Shown here: one piece after another, positions 17,899 to 26,295 of the stretch | Layout: every line of letters starts with the position of its first letter | Position numbering within the stretch: position 1 is the first letter of the stretch | From: a virus | Strand: one strand, 5' to 3' | Length of the DNA: 64,000 bases | IMG/VR virus record: IMGVR_UViG_3300045988_175656 | Program-made: the position numbers and the translations under genes | The notes under the pieces: model-generated | Database searches by the model: none | What the model saw: the letters and a program-made list of their open reading frames with translations, nothing else | Told to the model about the DNA's origin: nothing

Positions 17899-19167
17899 TT
17901 ATTTAAAATTTTCGATTAATGAAAAATTTCTATAATCATATTGCATTGGAAATTCATCACCATTTTTCATTTTAACCCATATACTATATTGATATTTCAT
18001 TCTTTCAATTATTAAATTTGTTTTTTCTTCAGGAAAAACAAATTCTTGAAAACCATCATTATAATTACCCCATGTTGATTTTCTTTGTGAGTATTTATAT
18101 TGGTATTCAAATTCTTTATTATTATTTGTTAGCCGATTTACTTTAGTTATATAAAATTTATATTTTTTGGTCGCTTTTTCTTGAAATTCATCATATGTCA
18201 TATTTACTTTTTCAACATATGATAATTGACTCCACGTTTTATTGTTCAATAGTCTTTCTATATCAACTCGTACATCAATAATTTCGCCATTTTCGGTCTC
18301 ATATAAAATATTACATTGCCCATAAACATCCCAATAACGATTTTTTTCACCTTTTACTATGAATAATTTATCTATTTGGTCTGCTTCACCATGAAATGTA
18401 TGTAAAAATTTTTCTTTATAATCTTCCACTTCAGATAGTGATAAAATATTTTCATCTACTAAATGATATAAAGATGTTAAAGATGAATAACCATAAAAAT
18501 GTTTTTTATTAATATCAACAAAAGTTGGTACTACTTTACTAACAAGTTTATAGTTGTAATTATTACCTTTACAATCAATTGCCATACCAGCAAAACCATG
18601 CCATGTCATTTTTCCAATATATACTAAATTGTCTGAAATATCTTTACTATTTGGCACTTTGCCTTTGTATGAAGCTCCAATTTTTAAGGATTTCATAGTT
18701 ATTTTTTCAGTACTATCAATTAATTGTTTTGACATTTTATAATCAAGTGAATCAACAGGAAGCAATACTAAATCTTTGCCTGACCATGCATATACAAATT
18801 TACCTTCTAATCCTTTACCTTTACTTGATGTACATTCTTGAAGAATATATAAAAGATTTTCAATATTGATTTCAAATTCAAAATCTCGTGGGTCATAAAC
18901 ACGACAATATGTTTGTCTATGATTCCAACCAGTTGAATATCCACCAGCTTTTTTGTTGAGAACAAATCCTTCAGTTGGTACATTATCAAGTTCAAGTGGA
19001 GTGATTTTTTTATCTCTCCACCCTTCCCATGATGTTTCTTTAGCTAATTGTCCTTTTTTATTAATATATGTAACATATGATAATTTACCTGTGTAAGTAT
19101 CACCTCTTTTTTGAAACCCAACTTTAATTTTATCGGGTATATTTAATTTTTGATTTATTTCTGCCAT
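17899..19167 (-). CDS. hypothetical protein
   Basis: 422-aa ORF. No motif recognised. Confidence 0.6.
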   Translation of the reverse strand: MAEINQKLNIPDKIKVGFQKRGDTYTGKLSYVTYINKKGQLAKETSWEGWRDKKITPLELDNVPTEGFVLNKKAGGYSTGWNHRQTYCRVYDPRDFEFEINIENLLYILQECTSSKGKGLEGKFVYAWSGKDLVLLPVDSLDYKMSKQLIDSTEKITMKSLKIGASYKGKVPNSKDISDNLVYIGKMTWHGFAGMAIDCKGNNYNYKLVSKVVPTFVDINKKHFYGYSSLTSLYHLVDENILSLSEVEDYKEKFLHTFHGEADQIDKLFIVKGEKNRYWDVYGQCNILYETENGEIIDVRVDIERLLNNKTWSQLSYVEKVNMTYDEFQEKATKKYKFYITKVNRLTNNNKEFEYQYKYSQRKSTWGNYNDGFQEFVFPEEKTNLIIERMKYQYSIWVKMKNGDEFPMQYDYRNFSLIENFK

Positions 19168-19172
19168 AAAAT

Positions 19173-19937
19173 TTATACTACTGTTTTAATAATTAAATTA
19201 TCTCTTTCATCTTTAGTTTTAGTTCCACCCCAAAAAGCTTCACCTGATGAAATTATATAACTATCATTATATTCATCTTTGAAACATAATGTATCTTCAT
19301 AGAGAAATAATCCATGTGGATATTCCCCAAGATACATCTCCTTACCATTCTTAAAATTTAATTTAATTTCATCATGCCAACAATCTTCTTTTTTAAGTTC
19401 TTCAACAGCATCTTTTATTTTTTTGAAAATTGAAAAAATATCTAAATCACTAGTATTAACAACTACAAAACTAAATGCTCTTTGAGTAAAAGAATCATAT
19501 CCAAGAAGTTTATCCCATTTTTTACGTCTATTATTCCATTCCCTATTTGAAATATTATCAGGTTTATCACATTGATTTTGGTAATGATAATCTTCAACAA
19601 ATGGTTCTATCATTTCAAAATATTCTTTCTGATGGTCAGCAAAATAATAGCCATAAACATAACCATTTTTCTCTGGTATTAGCGAAATTGTAAAATTGAA
19701 ATTAATACTTAATAATGTTCTACAATCAGAGTTTAAATCAGTTACTAACGCTTTGTATATCTTATGACAATCAGCACCAATAAGATTATTTAGAATAATA
19801 AATGATTTTATTTCTTCAATAGTTAAAAGCTCATTAGCTATTTTAACAGCATCTTTTCTAATTGAAATTAATTGTTGTAATATGTCGCCCATATTACGGG
19901 ATTTAAAACGAATCCCATTATATAATTTTGTACTCAT
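19173..19937 (-). CDS. hypothetical protein
   Basis: 254-aa ORF. No motif recognised. Confidence 0.6.
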   Translation of the reverse strand: MSTKLYNGIRFKSRNMGDILQQLISIRKDAVKIANELLTIEEIKSFIILNNLIGADCHKIYKALVTDLNSDCRTLLSINFNFTISLIPEKNGYVYGYYFADHQKEYFEMIEPFVEDYHYQNQCDKPDNISNREWNNRRKKWDKLLGYDSFTQRAFSFVVVNTSDLDIFSIFKKIKDAVEELKKEDCWHDEIKLNFKNGKEMYLGEYPHGLFLYEDTLCFKDEYNDSYIISSGEAFWGGTKTKDERDNLIIKTVV

Positions 19938-19939
19938 AT

Positions 19940-21910
19940 CTAATTAAAATAATCATAAGTTACTATTTGTTTGTTTAACTTTTTGGCTGTTGTTGTCTTA
20001 GATGATTTGCTTTCAATATCATCAGTAACCAAATAATCACAATCTTTTACTGATACTTCATCAACAACATATTCTTTATTTTCCAAGAATTTAATAAATT
20101 CCCCCTTAGATGAAAAATTGAATTTTTTTGGTGAACCAGTTAAACATAATTTAATTATATTACCTTCTCTTTTTTTAACAAATTCAATAGGAAGTCCATG
20201 CATTACAATATCTTCACATAAATTGTTAAATGTTGTTAATTTAGAGTGGTCATTATCATTTTTATCCCATCCATACACAACTTTCTTTTCCAACCCAGTA
20301 AAAGAATAATCAACTCCTGATAACTTCTTGGCGATTTCTTTAACAGTTTTCCCACCAATAGACATACCATCTAAAGACATGAAACTAATCACTTGTTCAA
20401 CAGTTAATTTTTTAAGATTATTTAATTGTTTAACAAAGTTTTCAAGTATTTTTCCTTCTTTCATTCCACAATCAATTAAATAATCAGTTGTAACATCGCC
20501 ATCATCATGATTTGTTATATAAAATGAAGCAGGTTCTTTAACTTTATTAAATAATTCTTCTAAAAAAGCATCTCCAACCCCATCCAATTCAAGAACATTC
20601 ATTGAGTTAATGAATTTAAATAATTTTTTACCTTCACAATCATCATTAGGACAATGTAAATGAGTATTATTAACAATTTCTAATTGAGAACCACAATGAG
20701 GGCATACAGTTGGCATCTCAAACGTTTCAATTGCTGGGACATCAACTGATGTAATCTGTGGAATAATATCACCTGATTTAACTAATGTTACAATTGCGCC
20801 TACACCAATTTTATTATCAATAATATATTTGTAATTATAACCACTAGTTTTTGATACTATTGACCCATCAAGTTCTACTGGTTTAAGCAAAACAACAGGT
20901 GTAAAATTTCCTGTTTTCCCCATTTTAATTTCAAAGCCTTCAACAGATGTTGAAGCATTTTCAGGTTTAAACTTAATTGCTAACGCCCATTTAGGGTGAT
21001 GTGCAGTTTCTCCAACATAATCACGTTGTGAAGAATTTATTTTAGCCACCATACCATCTAAACGATATGGACTTTCATTATGTTTAAAATCTTCATATTC
21101 TTTAAAGACTCTTTCAAACTTTTCTTTACTCATACTAAGATGTTCATAATTTAAACATAAATCTTTGTAATGAGCAAATCCCCAGTTTCTAATATCATTA
21201 ATATCCCAATAAATTATTTTACCATTTGATAACACTTCATGCATTTCAACAGGTATCAAATGAATTTCTGATATTTGTTCTAAAGTTGCGTCATCATTAT
21301 TTAACAATCCAGCAACATAGTTTCTTTCATTAGAAAATCTTTTAGCATTTTCTTCTTCAGTCAATTCAGGCAAACGGGCATATTTTTCAGCAAATATTCT
21401 TTTTTCAATAACAGCTTCACATCTTACTTCTACAATATTATCAGTAATAGGTATTGATAAAGGAATTTGTGTTTTATCTATTCTTGATAAATAATCTCTA
21501 CCAAGAATACCATCACCTCGTGATAACGCCTTTGTTAAAATACCATTTTCATATACTAAATTAACAGCATTTCCATCAAGTTTTTGAGACCATTCAATTG
21601 TCACTAAATCTTTACCAATAACAGATTTGATATTATCATACCAAGCTTTAAATAATTCCCAAGGTGCTTCACCTGTTGATTTGTCAGCCTGTATTTTTTC
21701 CAATGAACCCATTTTAGATGGATGTGGAAACTTAGCTTTTCTATCCCAAGAACCAACTTTCTTGACAACTTCTGAACCATTATCTTTTAACCATTGTTCA
21801 AGTTCATCAAATGCACTATCTTCCATTATTGGTTCTTCATTATAATACATCTCCTTCGCTTTAATATATAAAGCTTCTCTTTCTGCTAATTTATCAATAT
21901 TCATCATCAC
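19940..21910 (-). CDS. ligA: NAD-dependent DNA ligase
   Basis: Domain Ia YYNEEPIMEDSAFDEL, adenylation motif WSQKLDGNAV, Cys4 zinc finger CPHCGSQLE...HCPNDDC, and length and tail consistent with HhH/BRCT-like domains. Confidence 0.9.
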   Translation of the reverse strand: MMMNIDKLAEREALYIKAKEMYYNEEPIMEDSAFDELEQWLKDNGSEVVKKVGSWDRKAKFPHPSKMGSLEKIQADKSTGEAPWELFKAWYDNIKSVIGKDLVTIEWSQKLDGNAVNLVYENGILTKALSRGDGILGRDYLSRIDKTQIPLSIPITDNIVEVRCEAVIEKRIFAEKYARLPELTEEENAKRFSNERNYVAGLLNNDDATLEQISEIHLIPVEMHEVLSNGKIIYWDINDIRNWGFAHYKDLCLNYEHLSMSKEKFERVFKEYEDFKHNESPYRLDGMVAKINSSQRDYVGETAHHPKWALAIKFKPENASTSVEGFEIKMGKTGNFTPVVLLKPVELDGSIVSKTSGYNYKYIIDNKIGVGAIVTLVKSGDIIPQITSVDVPAIETFEMPTVCPHCGSQLEIVNNTHLHCPNDDCEGKKLFKFINSMNVLELDGVGDAFLEELFNKVKEPASFYITNHDDGDVTTDYLIDCGMKEGKILENFVKQLNNLKKLTVEQVISFMSLDGMSIGGKTVKEIAKKLSGVDYSFTGLEKKVVYGWDKNDNDHSKLTTFNNLCEDIVMHGLPIEFVKKREGNIIKLCLTGSPKKFNFSSKGEFIKFLENKEYVVDEVSVKDCDYLVTDDIESKSSKTTTAKKLNKQIVTYDYFN

Positions 21911-22430
21911 TATTTAAATTTGGTATTTCTATTTTAGTAATATCGGCTCTTATGTTCAAAGCTTTTAATAATTGGAAGATTGAAATCTTATTTTCAACAC
22001 CTTCAAATACAACTTTATCTTCAAACAACAATTTAACATTACCATTTGATTCATCTAATTCAACATGATAAATGGTATTGTTGGTTTCTTCAACAGGTTT
22101 ATTTCTTTCTTCTATAATCATCAAACGACTATTCTCCAATTCATTCAAATCAGTATCAGGTAAACGAACTACATTGTGTTTAGGATTACCATTTACATCT
22201 TTAACAATAATATATTTGTTTAATGCTTTACCTTGTGACAAATCACTCCTAAACATCAAATAATCATTTACATCTATTTTTTCATAAAGATAGCTTCTTC
22301 CACCTTTGAATACTATTTTCAAATCCTTCAAATCATTATCTTTATCATAACACTCTGAATATAAGACATTTGAACTATCATACCATGTATAATCTACATT
22401 ATCTTTATATATGTTTAAAATTGCACTCAT
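21894..22430 (-). CDS. KTSC-domain-like protein
   Basis: SSNVLYSECYD...LKIVFKGGRSYLYEKIDVNDYLMF...SQGKALNKYI follows the KTSC pattern. It is the first gene after a promoter. Confidence 0.45.
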   Translation of the reverse strand: MSAILNIYKDNVDYTWYDSSNVLYSECYDKDNDLKDLKIVFKGGRSYLYEKIDVNDYLMFRSDLSQGKALNKYIIVKDVNGNPKHNVVRLPDTDLNELENSRLMIIEERNKPVEETNNTIYHVELDESNGNVKLLFEDKVVFEGVENKISIFQLLKALNIRADITKIEIPNLNSDDEY

Positions 22431-22450
22431 ATTTTATTCTTTAGTCAATG

Positions 22451-22458
22451 CAAATATA
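22451..22458 (-). promoter_or_regulatory. Bacteroidota-type -7 promoter box (gtcgTATATTTGcat)
   Basis: Recurring GTATATTTGCA element 21 nt upstream of the ATG at 22430, within a divergent intergenic region. Confidence 0.65.
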
Positions 22459-22555
22459 CGACTTATTTTTTATATTTCCCACATAATTCAATATTTTAGG
22501 TCATTATCTTTACTTTTTAACCATTTTTATGTATATTGTAATAAAAAATTAGAAT

Positions 22556-25027
22556 ATGAATCCAATAAACAAATCTTTCTCAGATGATTTGACTAATATT
22601 TTAAAATATATAGAAACCACATTAATCAATGAGTTTCCCTCAAAAAACATAGTATCTGAATATTTCATTGTAGGAGTATTAGAAAATAAAAATTGTCTTG
22701 CTTATGCTGCATTAGAAGAATGCTTAATGACAGAAATCATCAAAAGTATTGTTGATGAATATAGTTACTATTTAAGCCAAAATCCGACTCCATTAAACCA
22801 GTTTGATATACCAAGATTTAGTGAAAATTTTAATGAATATATAATTCAGGCTAATGTTGAAAGAGTAAAACACAATCATGAAAAGGTCAATACATTACAT
22901 ATGATATTATCTATGTTATTTATTGATGGAAAAATAAAAGAAATGTTTAGTAAAGTTGGCTTAACATATGATATGTTTGAAAATTATATTATGAACAATA
23001 ACCTTGTTGAAGAAGTTGAAACAAAGCCAAAACAACTACCAGCAAAGGTTAAAAGTATAAGTTCATCTCAAATATTGAAAGCGAGAAAAGCACAAAAAAC
23101 CACATTAATTGATACATATTCACAAAATCTTAATGATTTGGCTTCAAAAGGCAAAATTGATAAAATTGTTGGAAGAGAAAAAGAAATTGGACAAATGTTT
23201 AATATTCTTGGTCGAAGAAATAAAAACAACTTAATATTAGTTGGAAATGGCGGTGTTGGTAAAACAGCTATTTGTCGCCATTTGGCTAATTTGATTGTTG
23301 AGAAAAAAGCTCCTGTGGCTTATCATAAGAAAAAAATTGTTCAAATGGATATTTCAGCAATGATTGCAGGTGCTAATTTCAGAGGAATGTTTGAAGAACG
23401 CTTGAAAGGGTTTTTAGAAGAAGTAAAAAATGATAAAAATTACATAATTTTTATTGATGATATTCATAATGCTTTAAGTGAAAAAAACCAAGCAGGAGAT
23501 GTAAATGTCGCATCTATGTTAAACAATGTATTAATTGATGGTGATATTCAAGTAATTGGAACGACTAATTTTAAAGATTATAAAAACACAATAGAAAATA
23601 ACAGTTCATTATCAAGACGTTTTCAGAAAATTGTTATTGAGCCATCATCTATTAACGAATCTATAACTATTCTTAATGGTTGTAAAGAGTATTATGAAAC
23701 ATATCATAATGTAAAATATACCAATGAAGCTATTAAATCATGTGTATTATTAGCAAACAGATATATTTCAGATAGAAACCTTCCTGATTCTGCAATAGAT
23801 TTACTTGATGAATCAGCATCTAGGGTTGTTCTGAAAATTAAAGACACACCTGAAATAACTAATATTAAAGAAGAATTATTAAGAATTAAAGATGAAAAAA
23901 GAAAAATTCTTAGTAATGAAACTTATGAAGGTATTTCTGATTTAAATGCTAAAGAAAACACACTAAAAATTAAATTGTCATTATTAGAAAAAAATAATCG
24001 TTATAATACAGAACAAAGAACTGTATATGATAATGATGTTTGTGAATTAGTATCAGAAAAAACATCAATACCTATCACTAAATTAAGCACAACAGAAAAA
24101 TCATCATTGAAAAATATTAATGAAATATTAAAAAGTAGCATTATTGGACAAGATGATGCTATTGATAAAATTTGTCAAGTTGTTAAAAGAAATAGAGTTG
24201 GATTGTCAAATAAAAATAAGCCTATTGTAATGTTTTTAGGTGGTCCTACTGGTGTTGGAAAAACATTAATAGCTAAAAAACTATCTAAAGAAGTTTTTGG
24301 TGATGAAAAATATTTGGTTAGACTTGATATGTCTGAATATGCTGAAAAAAGTTCTATTACTAAATTGATTGGTTCTGCACCTGGATATGTTGGTTATGAT
24401 AACGGTGGTCAACTGACTGAAATCATTAAAAATAAAAAATATTGTGTGCTATTATTAGATGAAATTGAAAAAGCAAATCAAGAAATCTATAATGTATTTT
24501 TACAATTGTTTGATGAAGGTTGTTTAACAGATAATACAGGGGCTAAAATTGATTTTAAAAATGTAATAATTCTATTAACATCAAATACAGGAGCAAAACA
24601 AGTATCAGATTTTGGTGGTGGCTTAGGGTTAGTAAGAAATGAACAAATTAATACAAAAACAATCATTCAAAAAGAATTAAAAAAGAAATTCCCACCTGAA
24701 TTTATTAATCGTATTGACGATATTATTTATTTCAATAAATTAACAGATGATAATATTAAAGACATTATTCGTTTGGAATTACATAATCTTGATAATAGAT
24801 TAATTGAAATCGGATTTTCATTAGAAAATGAATTTTATAACGAAACATTTGTGAATTTTTTGTTTGATAAAATAAAAGACCAATCAGAATATGGTGCTAG
24901 ACCTGTATTAAGAATTATTCAAGAGTTTCTTGAAAATCCTATTACTGATTTAATGTTAGACATGGATGATGATGAAGTTAATGGCGATAATGTAATAATA
25001 TTAAAAACTGAAAATTTTATTAAATAA
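22556..25027 (+). CDS. ClpA/ClpB/ClpC-family double-ring AAA+ unfoldase
   Basis: Clp_N-like N-terminus. D1 has GREKEIGQM...LVGNGGVGKTAI and Walker B IIFIDDIH. A short middle region follows. D2 has FLGGPTGVGKTL, LLLDEIEKA, LTSNTG and PEFINRID. Confidence 0.85.
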   Translation: MNPINKSFSDDLTNILKYIETTLINEFPSKNIVSEYFIVGVLENKNCLAYAALEECLMTEIIKSIVDEYSYYLSQNPTPLNQFDIPRFSENFNEYIIQANVERVKHNHEKVNTLHMILSMLFIDGKIKEMFSKVGLTYDMFENYIMNNNLVEEVETKPKQLPAKVKSISSSQILKARKAQKTTLIDTYSQNLNDLASKGKIDKIVGREKEIGQMFNILGRRNKNNLILVGNGGVGKTAICRHLANLIVEKKAPVAYHKKKIVQMDISAMIAGANFRGMFEERLKGFLEEVKNDKNYIIFIDDIHNALSEKNQAGDVNVASMLNNVLIDGDIQVIGTTNFKDYKNTIENNSSLSRRFQKIVIEPSSINESITILNGCKEYYETYHNVKYTNEAIKSCVLLANRYISDRNLPDSAIDLLDESASRVVLKIKDTPEITNIKEELLRIKDEKRKILSNETYEGISDLNAKENTLKIKLSLLEKNNRYNTEQRTVYDNDVCELVSEKTSIPITKLSTTEKSSLKNINEILKSSIIGQDDAIDKICQVVKRNRVGLSNKNKPIVMFLGGPTGVGKTLIAKKLSKEVFGDEKYLVRLDMSEYAEKSSITKLIGSAPGYVGYDNGGQLTEIIKNKKYCVLLLDEIEKANQEIYNVFLQLFDEGCLTDNTGAKIDFKNVIILLTSNTGAKQVSDFGGGLGLVRNEQINTKTIIQKELKKKFPPEFINRIDDIIYFNKLTDDNIKDIIRLELHNLDNRLIEIGFSLENEFYNETFVNFLFDKIKDQSEYGARPVLRIIQEFLENPITDLMLDMDDDEVNGDNVIILKTENFIK

Positions 25028-25035
25028 TAATGAAA

Positions 25036-25066
25036 AACGAGAAATAGTTGGCATTTCTCGTTTTTT
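25036..25066 (+). terminator. rho-independent terminator
   Basis: 10-bp stem aacgagaaat/atttctcgtt followed by T6. Confidence 0.8.
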
Positions 25067-25071
25067 AATTG

Positions 25072-25079
25072 TATATTTG
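25072..25079 (+). promoter_or_regulatory. Bacteroidota-type -7 promoter box (attgTATATTTGcaa), plus strand
   Basis: The only plus-strand copy of the element. It lies directly after the terminator and 72 nt upstream of 25151. Confidence 0.6.
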
Positions 25080-25150
25080 CAAGGTTTTAAAAGTAAAATG
25101 GCACAAAGAGTCATTAAATAATATTTATATTTAATAGAAAATATATAATA

Positions 25151-25528
25151 ATGGGTAAAAAAATAATAATTTCTGAAAATATTGAGAACTTATTCATTCA
25201 ATTAGCTTTGAATGAAGCGTTTTATCCAGAAGCTAATAAAGTGCTTATAATTAAAAATTATTTAGATAAAAACTTTATTAAATCCACTATTGATGATATA
25301 GATAACAATGGTTATCCAATCAAGACAAGAGTAGTTAGTATGAAAAATAGTAATGGAGATGCATTAAATACAATGACAACATCTCAGTTATTTTATTTGA
25401 TACAAGATAAATTTAAAAATATTTATCACAACAAAGAACAAAGAGATAAGTTAATCAAACAAGTTATCAAAGATTGGTGTGATGGGAAAATAAGTCGAGA
25501 AGGTATGCTATCAGTAAATTCTTATTAA
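25151..25528 (+). CDS. hypothetical protein
   Basis: 125-aa ORF downstream of the promoter. Confidence 0.55.
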   Translation: MGKKIIISENIENLFIQLALNEAFYPEANKVLIIKNYLDKNFIKSTIDDIDNNGYPIKTRVVSMKNSNGDALNTMTTSQLFYLIQDKFKNIYHNKEQRDKLIKQVIKDWCDGKISREGMLSVNSY

Positions 25529-25613
25529 TAATAAGGAAGTTTTGGCTGCTCTCCCAAAGAAAGCAGCCATTGTTATGTTTACACATGACATCTTCCACAC
25601 TAAATATAAATTA

Positions 25614-26048
25614 ATGCAAAAACTAAAACACATTTTATTAATTACTTTAATTGTTACTTGTTGTTCTTTAAAAGGACAATGTATTGAAAAAAATTTCGAT
25701 TGGAATAATGTAATATCAGCAATCGCTTATACAGAAAGTCGTTATGACCCTAATGCGGTATCAAAAACAGGAAATCATGTTGGATATTTACAAATATCAA
25801 AAATAATGATACGAGATTGCAATCGAATACTTGGTTATAACAAATATACTTATAAAGACAGATATAGTATTGAAAAATCCAAAGAAATTTTCCACTTAAT
25901 ACAAAAAACTTATAATCCGACAAATAATGTTGAAAAAGCTATAAGAATGTGGAATGGGGGTACTGGTTTTACCAAAGATGGTACTGAAGCGTATTATCAA
26001 AGAGTAAAAAGAAAATTAAATGCGTTAGAAAAGAGCAGGGATGAATAA
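25614..26048 (+). CDS. SLT-domain lytic transglycosylase (putative endolysin) with signal/lipoprotein-like N-terminus
   Basis: Catalytic-Glu motif AYTESRYDPNAVS...GYLQIS. I chose the ATG at 25614, which gives MQKLKHILLITLIVTCCSLKGQC (a signal-anchor or lipobox-like segment). The ORF track starts at a TTG at 25542. Confidence 0.65.
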   Translation: MQKLKHILLITLIVTCCSLKGQCIEKNFDWNNVISAIAYTESRYDPNAVSKTGNHVGYLQISKIMIRDCNRILGYNKYTYKDRYSIEKSKEIFHLIQKTYNPTNNVEKAIRMWNGGTGFTKDGTEAYYQRVKRKLNALEKSRDE

Positions 26049-26064
26049 TCCTTGCTTTTTTTTA
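26034..26064 (+). terminator. rho-independent terminator with the stop codon in the loop
   Basis: Stem agcaggg/ccttgct (one G-U pair) followed by T8. Confidence 0.5.
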
Positions 26065-26107
26065 TTTATTTGCACCATTTTTTTGATATTTATAATAAAC
26101 AGAAATC

Positions 26108-26272
26108 ATGGAAAAAACTTTTAATGAAATTGAACAAATTGCAGAAGAAAAAGGTATCTTATTGGATGGGTGTGGTACAGATGTAAGATATTATACTTTT
26201 GGTGTATTTGTTGATTTGTGTGATTTAGATTATAAGGAACCAGAAATCCCTGATGATATGTTTACTAATTAA
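26108..26272 (+). CDS. hypothetical 54-aa protein (below ORF-track cutoff)
   Basis: My own translation is MEKTFNEIEQIAEEKGILLDGCGTDVRYYTFGVFVDLCDLDYKEPEIPDDMFTN. It fills an otherwise empty 250-nt gap. Confidence 0.3.
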   Translation: MEKTFNEIEQIAEEKGILLDGCGTDVRYYTFGVFVDLCDLDYKEPEIPDDMFTN

Positions 26273-26295
26273 TAAATATTAAAAAATAATATACA

